Shown: positions 18,439 to 28,035 of the stretch, one piece after another | Position numbering within the stretch: the first letter of the stretch is position 1 | How the letters are laid out: each line of letters starts with the position of its first letter | Source of the DNA: an uncultured Hyphomicrobiales bacterium | Lineage (GTDB): Bacteria > Bacteroidota > Ignavibacteria > Kapaibacteriales > UBA2268 | Assembly (NCBI GenBank): GCA_964462685.1 | Contig: CAYWYR010000001.1 | Location: 108,137-172,136 of the forward strand | DNA length: 64,000 nucleotides | Reading direction: 5' to 3' | Translations under genes and position numbers: made by a program | Notes under the pieces: model-generated | The model's database searches: none | What the model was told of the DNA's origin: nothing | What the model saw: the letters and a program-made list of their open reading frames with translations, nothing else

Positions 18439-19770
18439 CTATTTCTCTGGGCGATCTTCCCACTTTGTGTTTTTGCGTCTGAAAATCAAAGAGATAGGTG
18501 TACCTTCGAACCCGTAAAGCTCTCTAATCTTACGTTCAAGGAAACGTTTGTAATTCTCGGTAAGATCAGAAGGGTAGTTTAAGAACAGAGCGAATACTGG
18601 TGGCTCTGTTCCAACTTGGGTTACAAAGTTGATCCGCATATCACGGCCCCTTATTGCAGGTGGGGGAGTAACTTCAACAATAGGAAGTATTTGCTCATTT
18701 AGTTCATGTGTTTTGATGCGAAGCTTCCTATTGGCTTGAACTGTTTTAGCCATCTCAAGTATTTTGTGAATCCTCTGTTTTGTAAGGGCAGAGGCAAATA
18801 AAACGGGCGCATAGCTGATCGTTCTCATTTCCTCAGCAAAGTTCTTTCTTAGGGTATCAGCGGTTTTGTCATCTTTTTCGATTATATCCCACTTGTTGTA
18901 AACGATGATGATACCTTTTCGGGCTTCTTCGAGCTGGTTGATTATCTTTTTATCTTGATCTTCTAAGCCACGGGTCGCGTCAATCATCACGATGCCTATG
19001 TCACATCGTTCTATCGCACGCTGTGTTCTCAGTACGCTATAAAGCTCGATGTTCTCTTTAACTTGCGCCCTTTTTCTTAGGCCTGCAGTATCGATAAGGA
19101 CAAGTTCTTCACCTTCATATTCTACGGCGGTATCTATCGCATCGCGAGTAGTGCCGGCTACATCTGTGACAATTAGCCTATCATACCCAAGAAATGCATT
19201 GATAAGCGAAGATTTTCCTGCGTTGGGTCTGCCGACTACTGCCAGTTTTAATCTATCGTCAACTTCGTCTTCTGGGTTAGCCTCCAGCCCAGATACTAAT
19301 TTATCCATAAATTCGCCAGTGCTTCGCCCGTTCATGGCGGACATAGCATAAGGATCACCAAGCCCAAGAGAGTAGAACTCGTATGCGAAATTATCCTGGT
19401 TGGCGTTATCGGCTTTGTTCACAGCCATCACCACGGGCTTGTTGCTTTGGCGGAGTATCTGGGCTATGTCCTCATCGAACTTAGTGACTCCGTCCCGAGC
19501 ATCTACTACGAATATTATAGCATCAGCTTCTTCGATGGCGAGTTCAGCCTGCTCTCGAATGGCTTTTTCCATTACGGTTTCGCTTCCGGGTATAAAACCG
19601 CCAGTATCGATAAGGTCAAAATAGATTCCGTTCCAATCTGATTTACCGTAGATCCTGTCTCGTGTTACTCCAGGCGTATCCTCCACTATGGCTTCTCTGT
19701 TACCAACAAGCCTGTTAAAGAGTGTGGATTTTCCTACGTTTGGCCTACCTACTATCGCTACTAAGTTCAT
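18439..19770 (-). CDS. der: Ribosome-biogenesis GTPase Der (EngA), tandem GTPase domains
   Basis: Two G1 motifs (GRPNVGKST and GRPNAGKSS), DTAG/DTGG motifs and NKWD/NKAD motifs. Confidence 0.9.
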   Translation of the reverse strand: MNLVAIVGRPNVGKSTLFNRLVGNREAIVEDTPGVTRDRIYGKSDWNGIYFDLIDTGGFIPGSETVMEKAIREQAELAIEEADAIIFVVDARDGVTKFDEDIAQILRQSNKPVVMAVNKADNANQDNFAYEFYSLGLGDPYAMSAMNGRSTGEFMDKLVSGLEANPEDEVDDRLKLAVVGRPNAGKSSLINAFLGYDRLIVTDVAGTTRDAIDTAVEYEGEELVLIDTAGLRKRAQVKENIELYSVLRTQRAIERCDIGIVMIDATRGLEDQDKKIINQLEEARKGIIIVYNKWDIIEKDDKTADTLRKNFAEEMRTISYAPVLFASALTKQRIHKILEMAKTVQANRKLRIKTHELNEQILPIVEVTPPPAIRGRDMRINFVTQVGTEPPVFALFLNYPSDLTENYKRFLERKIRELYGFEGTPISLIFRRKNTKWEDRPEK

Positions 19771-19939
19771 CTGTCAATCTTTTATTTATCTAATGTATGC
19801 ATGTTTACAGTCGGCAAAGCAATACAGTGTATTTCATGCGTCAATATGCCTACTCGGTTAAACGCCTGCATGGCAAAATTAACTTATCTGAGACTATTCC
19901 CAAGTCGGTTTTATCCGCAACACATTAATTACTTCAAGT

Positions 19940-20896
19940 ATGCCCGTATTAGAGATCGATAATCTTGTAAAAGAGTTCCGAAACCTGAAGGCAGTCGATA
20001 ATCTTTCATTATCGGTAGAAAAGGGGGAGATATATGGCTTCCTCGGCCCGAACGGAGCTGGCAAAAGCACTTCAATCCGTATTATACTCTCACTTATTAA
20101 GCCGACTTCAGGCAGTATAGCACTTTTCGGTAAAAAACTCCGCTGGGGGGATAGAGATCCTTTCGGAAAGATCGGTGCTTTGGTTGAACGTCCGGATTTC
20201 TATAATTATCTACCAGCATTCCGGAACCTTGAGTTTTTCGGTGCTATCTCAAATGCGGATGTTTCTAAAGAAAATCTATTCAGGCAGTTAAAAACAGTTG
20301 GGTTGGAAGGTAGAGAGAAAGATAAGGTAAAGACATATTCCTTAGGGATGAAGCAGAGGCTTGGGATAGCTCAGGCTCTTCTTCACGACCCAGAATTTAT
20401 CATACTCGATGAACCTACAAACGGGCTCGACCCGCAAGGTATGCACGAAATGAGGGAGCTAATCAAAAGCCTTTCTCGAGACCACGGCAAAACCGTTTTC
20501 TTATCCTCCCATATCCTGGCAGAGGTTGAATCGATAGCTTCTTCTATGGCTATCATCAACAAAGGTAAAACACTTGTTCAGGGAAAAGTACAATCCCTTC
20601 TGGATAGGGGTAGCAATAAAATCCTGATGCGTGTATCGAGTCTGCCGGAATCAATCGAGGCCTTGCAAGGTAGTAGGTTGGAATCCGATAAATTTGGTTT
20701 GCATGAGGATTATCTTCAATTACTGATTCCTAAAGGGGATATATCTTATGTAGTGGATTTATTGAGAATGCACAATATAGATATCTATGAGATCAAATCA
20801 TCACGCTCCCTGGAGGCTTATTTCTTAGATGTAACAAAAGGAAAATACGATCAGGAAATCGCAAGCGGAAAACTAGCCATAGGGGGTACGGAATGA
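19940..20896 (+). CDS. ABC transporter ATP-binding protein (ABC-2 subfamily)
   Basis: Walker A GPNGAGKST, signature LSLGMKQRL, Walker B ILDEPTNGLD. Confidence 0.85.
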   Translation: MPVLEIDNLVKEFRNLKAVDNLSLSVEKGEIYGFLGPNGAGKSTSIRIILSLIKPTSGSIALFGKKLRWGDRDPFGKIGALVERPDFYNYLPAFRNLEFFGAISNADVSKENLFRQLKTVGLEGREKDKVKTYSLGMKQRLGIAQALLHDPEFIILDEPTNGLDPQGMHEMRELIKSLSRDHGKTVFLSSHILAEVESIASSMAIINKGKTLVQGKVQSLLDRGSNKILMRVSSLPESIEALQGSRLESDKFGLHEDYLQLLIPKGDISYVVDLLRMHNIDIYEIKSSRSLEAYFLDVTKGKYDQEIASGKLAIGGTE

Positions 20897-21732
20897 TAGC
20901 AAAACTAGTCAGGCTAGAGCTTTTAAAGATTTTCAGTAAATGGCGTACATATATCGGTTTTATAGCTGTTGGTGTTTTAGTACCGCTTATACATGCTGCC
21001 ATGTATATTGAGGGTGAAACATACATCGGTTTTATCACTAATTCTTTAGAAGAGATATTCGAGTTCAACGGGGAGCTTCTGAACGGTTATGTTGTTGCGA
21101 GAATAATACTGCAGACCTTATATGTAAATATACCGCTGCTGATAACCCTTGTAGCTGGGGACTTGCTTGCCGGAGAGGCCACTTCTGGTACTTATCGCCT
21201 GTTGCTTGTAAGGCCTGCCTCCAGAACTCAGATAGCTGTAGCCAAATATATCGCAGGCTTGATATATGTTTTCCTTTTGGTTGCCTGGCTTGCGGTTCTT
21301 ACACTCGGTATAGGGCTGCTGATTCACGGTACGGGTGATATGCTAGTAGTTGGCCAAAAGATTACCATACTGCCAGAAGTGGATGTACCTTGGAGGTTCT
21401 GGGCGGCTTTCGGGCTGGCTTTTATAGCTATGTGGACTGTATATACGATAACTTATATGTTTTCCGCTATAGTAGAGAACGCCATTGGTCCTATTTTCTC
21501 GACTATGGCGATAATCATTGTTTTTTCTATAATCGGTGTTCTGGGTATAGGCTTTTTGGAAGATATATCTCCTTACCTATTTACGACGCACATGGTATCT
21601 TGGCGACTGCTTTTTGAGCTTGATGTAGATTACTCACTAGTTTGGGAGTCTATTGCGGTTCTGATGGCACATACGCTTATAATCGCAACTGGTACAGTAC
21701 TTTATTTTAAAAGGAAGGATATAAATACATAG
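20893..21732 (+). CDS. ABC-2 family transporter permease
   Basis: Six predicted TM helices. Start is translationally coupled to the ATPase gene by a 4-nt overlap. Confidence 0.6.
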   Translation: MIAKLVRLELLKIFSKWRTYIGFIAVGVLVPLIHAAMYIEGETYIGFITNSLEEIFEFNGELLNGYVVARIILQTLYVNIPLLITLVAGDLLAGEATSGTYRLLLVRPASRTQIAVAKYIAGLIYVFLLVAWLAVLTLGIGLLIHGTGDMLVVGQKITILPEVDVPWRFWAAFGLAFIAMWTVYTITYMFSAIVENAIGPIFSTMAIIIVFSIIGVLGIGFLEDISPYLFTTHMVSWRLLFELDVDYSLVWESIAVLMAHTLIIATGTVLYFKRKDINT

Positions 21733-21846
21733 AAAAGCAGATTATCATCATTTCAATTAATTATATAGTCTTTAAAATTCAAGAAATTTATTTAAAAAAA
21801 CATTAGTTCTGTAACTAATTAGGTTGTCGTATTGTTCTAATATAAA

Positions 21847-22692
21847 ATGAAGTACTCAATAAGCATAATAATGGTTATCATAGTTTCTTTTCTTATTTCA
21901 TGTGATGATAACGATATCGTTTCAGGTAGAAATGAATATGAAAAGAAGCTTACAAGAATCTCATTTGTGGAATCCCATATTGACTTTATATCTTTAAGTT
22001 ATAATCAAAAAGGAGATATGAACTCAGCGTATATAAAATACTTTGGGATTAATCCTAACATCAGGGAATATATCACTTGGAGTAACCATGAAAATATCAG
22101 ACAATTTGACAAGTTAGTTGACTATGGCCCTGAAAATCAAATGAAATCTATTTTTGTGAAAGAAGTTACCAATCCAAATCGAAAGATTTATTCTTTTGTT
22201 GATGGCATAAATGAAACAGGTCTTACAAGAGAATACTCCAATATAGAAATAGAATATATCGAAAATATAGTAATTGATCTTATTATCTCTGATACACTTT
22301 TAGCTCACGATTATAATTTTGATCTTACAACAAATGAAATAAATATTATATCCACCGTTTTGGATAATCCGCAAACTAAATATGAATACTCGGCGAGTTA
22401 TGTTTCTAAAAAAAAGCCTACACCTTTTAAAGATCTATACTTTCTCGGGAGCCACTTCTTAAATATATCTCCTATATTCGTTTTTGATGAGTTGCTAGAA
22501 AACTTCACTATTAAGCCATACCAAAATAATGGGTGGATAGAAAAAGAATATTCTTACGATTATAAGTATGATAGAGATGGATATCCCATAACGATAAATG
22601 AGTATGTAAATGGTAACTCGTTGCCTAAAACAATTATTAACTTAGAATGGGATGATATAAAAAATGCTTCATCAATAGATACTGTAAAATGA
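21847..22692 (+). CDS. Hypothetical lipoprotein, tandem paralog A
   Basis: Lipobox FLISCDDND. AT-rich. 281 aa. C-terminal LEWDD motif shared with the paralog. Confidence 0.5.
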   Translation: MKYSISIIMVIIVSFLISCDDNDIVSGRNEYEKKLTRISFVESHIDFISLSYNQKGDMNSAYIKYFGINPNIREYITWSNHENIRQFDKLVDYGPENQMKSIFVKEVTNPNRKIYSFVDGINETGLTREYSNIEIEYIENIVIDLIISDTLLAHDYNFDLTTNEINIISTVLDNPQTKYEYSASYVSKKKPTPFKDLYFLGSHFLNISPIFVFDELLENFTIKPYQNNGWIEKEYSYDYKYDRDGYPITINEYVNGNSLPKTIINLEWDDIKNASSIDTVK

Positions 22693-23531
22693 TATCGATT
22701 ATATCAAATAACATAAGGTTTATTGTTTGTTCTCTAATAGCAATTTCAATTTTAGTAGCCTGCGATGACAGGGATAATATACTAACTGATGATAAGCAGA
22801 ACATTCCTTTATTAAGAAAAATCACCTTTCAACATGAAGACTTTCATAGTATTGATTTCAAATACGACGAGTCAGATATTATTGATACTATATATGCCCG
22901 AATCGGAGATCATATTCAAGAGATATTTGTTGACTATCAAGATGTGGACACATTTTATAGAACCAGGATTCTGATAGACAACCTATATTTAAGTGGTTTT
23001 TATGACTCTGAAACAAAAAAATATTGGGAAGGAAGTACAAAGGTAGTAGAGATTTTAGGTTCAGGGCTATATGAATCAGATCAACCTCTTGAGCATTATT
23101 TTGTGCGATATAATAATTCCGATACTACGGAGATAGAGTTTAACAGAGATTACATATGGAATAGACGCGCTATTGTCAATCATACTTTCGACTTCGATAA
23201 TGATAACAGATGGATTAGTACTTTCTCTAATGAGGAATCGCAGGAAATCTATATACTATATTCCTTTGTATTGAGACCTGAACTGAATCCACTACATCAG
23301 CTTGATTTTATGCCTTTTAGTTTTTTAACTGCTTTTAGCCCAATGCTTTTTCATAACAGATTATTAGATCGTGTGGAACCCATAAAATATAATGGGATAT
23401 CTATGCCTGTTGCTACTATAACTTATGATTATGAATTCGATATTGATGGTAATCTTACCAAGGCAGTTGAAACTTTCGTTGAAAATGATAAAGATTCTAT
23501 TGGGAATATTATTGATTTAGAATGGTATTGA
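22689..23531 (+). CDS. Hypothetical lipoprotein, tandem paralog B
   Basis: Lipobox ILVACDDRDN. 280 aa. C-terminal IDLEWY. A 4-nt overlap with paralog A. Confidence 0.5.
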   Translation: MISIISNNIRFIVCSLIAISILVACDDRDNILTDDKQNIPLLRKITFQHEDFHSIDFKYDESDIIDTIYARIGDHIQEIFVDYQDVDTFYRTRILIDNLYLSGFYDSETKKYWEGSTKVVEILGSGLYESDQPLEHYFVRYNNSDTTEIEFNRDYIWNRRAIVNHTFDFDNDNRWISTFSNEESQEIYILYSFVLRPELNPLHQLDFMPFSFLTAFSPMLFHNRLLDRVEPIKYNGISMPVATITYDYEFDIDGNLTKAVETFVENDKDSIGNIIDLEWY

Positions 23532-23658
23532 AGTATCTACCTTATCTATTTAATAATACTGTTTACTATATACCGCTACTAATCTTCAAAACACTATTGT
23601 TTGATTTTATATTATCCTTATCTTGCATCCAATTGTTAATCATAAACCATATAACAAA

Positions 23659-24306
23659 ATGAATAGAATCTTTTTATCGCTAATGGCGATTGGCTTGTTT
23701 GGCTCAGGTACTTTGATTACATCTTGCGGCGAGGATAACGACGGTGATGCTGCCGAAGTAATGAACGAGATCGACGGTATTGAGAACCAGCTAGGCCTGG
23801 AAGTTGAAAGCGAGTATGAAAACGACGGCTTACTCGAGCTCGGTGAATACAACGTAGTTGTACCAAAAGAGTGGATCGGCGAAAAACCGGCTAACGGTAT
23901 GCGAGTGGCACAGTACAAGATACCGAACAATGACGAAGTATCGATGTATGTTACCAAACTGCCAAAGAACGGCATGATGGGTGATATGAGCGATCCTTCC
24001 GTTATTATGGACAAGTGGAAGGCAGAGTTCAGCGGTGCTGAAGAGACTATGGACAAGAACTTTGACTCCGGTGCTGTTATGTATGCAACCGATGGTATGT
24101 ACACACATACTGATATGGCGACTGGTAATGCTACTTCTTACGATGATTATATGATGCTGGGCGGTTTCCTACCAGGCCGGGAAAGTATCTACACTTTCAA
24201 AATGGTTGGGCCAAAGGCTGCTGTAGCTGAATATACTGAGAAATTCGAAGAGATGATGGAAAGCATCACTTTAGTAGATGAAATGGATGAGGACGAACTT
24301 CTGTAA
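23659..24306 (+). CDS. Met-rich acidic lipoprotein of unknown function
   Basis: Lipobox TLITSCGED. Seventeen Met (about 8%) including MMGDM, MYATDGMYTHTDM, DYMMLGG and EEMMES clusters. Confidence 0.5.
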   Translation: MNRIFLSLMAIGLFGSGTLITSCGEDNDGDAAEVMNEIDGIENQLGLEVESEYENDGLLELGEYNVVVPKEWIGEKPANGMRVAQYKIPNNDEVSMYVTKLPKNGMMGDMSDPSVIMDKWKAEFSGAEETMDKNFDSGAVMYATDGMYTHTDMATGNATSYDDYMMLGGFLPGRESIYTFKMVGPKAAVAEYTEKFEEMMESITLVDEMDEDELL

Positions 24307-24355
24307 CTGTCAGCTAGATACCACTCAGATACTACTTACCGTATTCAAAATGATA

Positions 24356-24395
24356 AGCCCTGTTGCTAAATTCTAGCTTCGGGGCTCTTTTTTGT
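24356..24395. terminator. Weak terminator-like hairpin plus T6 between the lipoprotein gene and umuC
   Basis: agccc ... ggggct stem with a long loop, then ctttttt. Confidence 0.3.
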
Positions 24396-24433
24396 GGTGT
24401 CGAGCTACACCCTTGCTTTAATACCTGCCATAC

Positions 24434-25705
24434 TTATGCTGTGGCTTTGACTTTTATGATATCGGATAGGCGGGTGGTGTAACGCGGGGAAAGCAGTTCC
24501 TGCTTCATTCGCCAGCGGCGACCTGTACCATTGGCCGCTATGCGGATCAGATCACGCCGATCCCGCTGGTTGTGCTTGTCCATAGCTGCCATGATAGCTT
24601 TGTGGCGGGGATCCTCATTGGCAAAAAGGTTCTTCTGGCGGTTTTCCGTAGGGGTAAGCATCATTGCTACCACACCAGCCTTAGCATAGCCAAAGCCAGG
24701 CTTATAGAGTGTCCTCATTACTTTTTGGGCCATATCTGAGAGGTCGATACTGGAATTTGTCGGGTACGGCATTTTTACGATACGCTGAACATATAGCTGC
24801 TCCAGCGGGTTCTTGAAACGGCTGGTCCGCAAAAATACCTGCAGCATCAGGCAGTCGCTTTGCTGTGCCCTCAGTTTTTCGCCACACACGGAGGCATATA
24901 TTGATATATTCTCAAGTATCGGCTCGATATCGTAGAGTGCTTTGGCAAAAGAACGCGTAACGGCGGTCGCTTTTTTGTCGGGCGGCTCGAACTCCCACTC
25001 TATACTGGAGATACCTTTCAGCTCCTTTACAAGTCGCAATCCCACAACGGTAAACTTCTTCTTTACGAACTGCTCGTCCAGCTTGGAAAGCATATATGCG
25101 TTCTTGATACCCAGCCTGTCGAGTTTTTTGAACTGCTGCCGCCCGATACCCCATACATCGGGCAGGGGAAGCCACTCCAGAACGTTTTTTCTTTTGCTCT
25201 CACTATCGATTATATAAATGCCCTCGGGTATGATATGCTTGTTTTTCTTGGCATATCTATTGGCGGCCTTTGCTAAGGCTTTTGTTTTGCCGATACCTAT
25301 ACTGATGGGGATGCCAGTCCATCTCTCGACACGCTCTTTCATCTCTACGGCTAGTGATTCCAGGTTCTCCGGGCTGATACCCTTCAGATCCAGAAAGCAT
25401 TCGTCGATGGAATATACTTCTATGCCGGGCGCCATATCACCGAGAATACTCATTACGCGGGAACTCATATCCCCATAGAGGGCATAGTTGGAGGAGAATA
25501 CGGATATACCTTGCCGTTTGAACTCGACACGGTACTTAAATTCGGGCGCACCCATCGGGATACCCATTTTTTTGGCGAGGTTGCACCGTGCTATCACGCA
25601 CCCGTCGTTGTTGGAAAGCACAACGATAGGGGTATCGGCGAGATCGGGACGGAAAGTCCTCTCGCATGAGGCGTAGAAATTATTACAATCGACCAGGGCT
25701 ATCAT
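24434..25705 (-). CDS. umuC: Y-family error-prone DNA polymerase V catalytic subunit UmuC
   Basis: MIALVDCNNFYASCERTFRPDL ... VVLSNNDGCVIAR closely parallels E. coli UmuC. C-terminal MLSPRYTTR as well. Confidence 0.85.
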   Translation of the reverse strand: MIALVDCNNFYASCERTFRPDLADTPIVVLSNNDGCVIARCNLAKKMGIPMGAPEFKYRVEFKRQGISVFSSNYALYGDMSSRVMSILGDMAPGIEVYSIDECFLDLKGISPENLESLAVEMKERVERWTGIPISIGIGKTKALAKAANRYAKKNKHIIPEGIYIIDSESKRKNVLEWLPLPDVWGIGRQQFKKLDRLGIKNAYMLSKLDEQFVKKKFTVVGLRLVKELKGISSIEWEFEPPDKKATAVTRSFAKALYDIEPILENISIYASVCGEKLRAQQSDCLMLQVFLRTSRFKNPLEQLYVQRIVKMPYPTNSSIDLSDMAQKVMRTLYKPGFGYAKAGVVAMMLTPTENRQKNLFANEDPRHKAIMAAMDKHNQRDRRDLIRIAANGTGRRWRMKQELLSPRYTTRLSDIIKVKATA

Positions 25706-25720
25706 TTAGAATCAGATAAG

Positions 25721-26155
25721 TCAGAAACTTTTTATTACGTGCTTTACTATACCCCAGATCTTGAAGTCGCTCTCTTCGGTAACTTTGATCTTTTTATACT
25801 TGGGATTCGCCGGGATCAGCCAACAGCCGTCACTTTCGATCTTGATTTTTTTCAGCGTGAAATCCCCATCGACCGAACACACGGCTATATGTCCCGTTTT
25901 TGGGTCGATACTCCGGTCTATGATCATCAGATCCCCATCGCCGATACCCTCGTCCTTCATCGAGTCACCGCTTACACGCCCATAAAATGTAGAGGAGGGA
26001 TTATCGATAAGATCCCGGTGCAGATCGATAGCTATATCCAGATGGTCCTGTGCTGGGGAGGGGAAGCCCGCCGGTACCGAAGCCGCCAATAGCGGAATCG
26101 TCATCTTCGAGAGAATCTTATGGTATATAATATGTACTGACGGGGTTTCAAGCAT
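25721..26155 (-). CDS. umuD: UmuD-like S24 peptidase (pol V accessory subunit)
   Basis: Ala-Gly autocleavage site (VPAG|F), Ser nucleophile GDSM and catalytic Lys FTLKKI. Confidence 0.8.
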   Translation of the reverse strand: MLETPSVHIIYHKILSKMTIPLLAASVPAGFPSPAQDHLDIAIDLHRDLIDNPSSTFYGRVSGDSMKDEGIGDGDLMIIDRSIDPKTGHIAVCSVDGDFTLKKIKIESDGCWLIPANPKYKKIKVTEESDFKIWGIVKHVIKSF

Positions 26156-26198
26156 AAAGCTACCTAAGAGTATCGTTGTTCATATCAAAATTTAGCGG

Positions 26199-26216
26199 GT
26201 ATAATACGCATTATAC
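26199..26216. promoter_or_regulatory. Perfect palindrome GTATAAT-acgc-ATTATAC, 44 nt upstream of umuD; a candidate operator overlapping a -10-like TATAAT
   Basis: A 7-bp inverted repeat with a 4-bp spacer seen directly in the sequence. Its position fits the umuD promoter. Confidence 0.3.
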
Positions 26217-26317
26217 ACTAAAATGCATCATTTGCTACCTAATATGCAAGAGGTGATGATATTTTGTGGATAACATTCTGATATAGGACTAACTATTCCT
26301 TACCACTTAGGTGTATT

Positions 26318-26640
26318 CGTAATTCGGAGGGAGCGAAATACTTACTTATCATATTGAGTGTGACACTGAGCCTGCCCGAGTGCCTGTCAAAATACAGACA
26401 AGAGCGAAGAATCTCAATATACAATCTGTCATATATATTATGCAACAAGGGGTTGTAACCCCTTGTTAAAGATCACCCCATCCTAAATCCTTCCCCTCAG
26501 GTGGAAGGACTTGTTAAGCTTTTCGTCATTCAGAGAGAGCATAGCGACCGAAGAATCTCAGAAGCGACAGGCTGAATATGACATGCACTCGGGAAGATAG
26601 GGTTATAGTCTGGCTGTGCCTTCGAGGCAGGCAGTTTCGG
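26318..26640. repeat. Most complete copy of the mosaic intergenic repeat: C'(26318-26329), A(26336-26420), B(26428-26536, ending in C gtcattcagag), plus a tail
   Basis: It aligns to 18208..18292 and 30190..30256 (module A), and its reverse complement aligns to 9056..9166 (modules B+C). An 11-bp C motif lies at both ends in direct orientation. Confidence 0.75.
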
Positions 26641-26656
26641 AATAAAAATGCATCTT

Positions 26657-26950
26657 TCAGTTCATCAGATGCATATCGCTTTCCCTCGAGGCCACGGTAT
26701 AGAGCTGTTCGTATTTTTCAATACGGCGGCGGCGTTCTTCATCAAGCCTTATCAGTTTTAAGGATACAGGTAGATTGACCGCCGGTATGAGTATAATCGG
26801 TATTACTGCAGCTATTTTAAGACTGTTTGTATACATATAAACAAAGGCCGATACCGCAACAGCAATAACTATCACAGCAAAAATAAGCCACTTCAGGAAA
26901 AGTGTTTTGTTCCTGAGTTGAAAATCATTTAGTTCTGATACCTTTTTCAT
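26657..26950 (-). CDS. Small hypothetical membrane protein
   Basis: Two hydrophobic helices. No similarity recognised. Its 3' end abuts the repeat element. Confidence 0.35.
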   Translation of the reverse strand: MKKVSELNDFQLRNKTLFLKWLIFAVIVIAVAVSAFVYMYTNSLKIAAVIPIILIPAVNLPVSLKLIRLDEERRRRIEKYEQLYTVASRESDMHLMN

Positions 26951-27030
26951 AACTTGATATTTTATAAGTGGCTGTTTGCCACAATTAAATTTCCACTTAC
27001 CATTCAGATATCACTAAAGACGGATCAGTA

Positions 27031-27885
27031 GTGAAAAATATAATCCTTCCATCGTTTTTCGGGCTGGCTTTGATTGCTTCTTCATGTGTTTCCAGTTCAA
27101 AATATGAAGCAGCTTTAGGCCAAATAGATTCTCTGCAAACCGCTAATGACAGCCTCGAGAAAATCATTTATGCCAATAACGCCGATATCGCTGGATTGGA
27201 ATCGCAAGCTGAAGTTAACTCTCGCAAAATTCAGCAATTGCAAAATGAGTTAAACGATCTGAATAAGCTATACCAAACAGCTAAAAACTCCGCAAACCAG
27301 ACTACCCAGTCCTTACTGGCTGATATTGAAAGACTGCAAAAGGAAAAAGTCTCTCTACAGACCGAAACCGATAGAATCAAGAACCTACTCAAGCAAAGAG
27401 ACGACAAAATCAACTCTTTAATGCAAAAACTAAAGCAGTCTTTACTCGGTTTTGAAGATTCTGGCCTTAGCCTTGAAATCAAGAACGGTAGGGTATATGT
27501 CTCTCTTTCCAACCAGCTGCTTTTTCCTTCCGGATCTATTGAGATAAACGATAACGGTAAAGAGGCACTTAAAAGCTTGGTAGGCGTTCTGAAGGATACC
27601 AGAGATATCAATGTACTGGTTGAAGGGCATACAGATGATAAAGCTGTTCGAGGTGGATATAGATTCAAAGACAACTGGGAACTTTCAGTTCTCCGTGCCA
27701 CTGAAGTAGCTAAATATATGACTGGGGACGACGGTCTTTCGCCCGAGAGGATTATAGCATCTGGACGCTCGCAGTATTTACCGATTGAAACGGAAGATAC
27801 CGACGAGGCAAGATCAAAGAACCGGCGTACCGAAATAATCTTAACGCCAGATCTCGGCGAGATTTACGACATTTTGAAGGGCTGA
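27031..27885 (+). CDS. OmpA-family lipoprotein with an N-terminal coiled coil
   Basis: Lipobox LIASSCVSS, heptad-rich region, and a C-terminal OmpA-like domain (GHTDDKAV ... LSVLRATEVAKYM ... NRRTEIIL). Confidence 0.75.
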   Translation: MKNIILPSFFGLALIASSCVSSSKYEAALGQIDSLQTANDSLEKIIYANNADIAGLESQAEVNSRKIQQLQNELNDLNKLYQTAKNSANQTTQSLLADIERLQKEKVSLQTETDRIKNLLKQRDDKINSLMQKLKQSLLGFEDSGLSLEIKNGRVYVSLSNQLLFPSGSIEINDNGKEALKSLVGVLKDTRDINVLVEGHTDDKAVRGGYRFKDNWELSVLRATEVAKYMTGDDGLSPERIIASGRSQYLPIETEDTDEARSKNRRTEIILTPDLGEIYDILKG

Positions 27886-27895
27886 TCTATATAAA

Positions 27896-27914
27896 ATGTC
27901 ATAAAAAATGACAT
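27896..27914. promoter_or_regulatory. Inverted repeat ATGTCAT-aaaaa-ATGACAT between the ompA-like gene and clpP
   Basis: A 7-bp perfect inverted repeat seen directly. Function unknown: could be an operator or a weak terminator. Confidence 0.2.
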
Positions 27915-28035
27915 AATTGACAGCTTCCCCAAAAAAACAACAACGTGGTTTGATTATCGTTTAGGTTGTATCGAATAAAGTGCTGTTAAACAGGCTATAC
28001 AACCAAGAAATCAATCAAATATTAGATACAACACT

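Noticed and set aside
26578-26778. A 66-aa plus-strand ORF downstream of umuD.
   Set aside because: It lies inside the dispersed repeat tail and overlaps the 3' end of the convergent small membrane-protein gene. Arg-rich shadow-ORF composition and no RBS.
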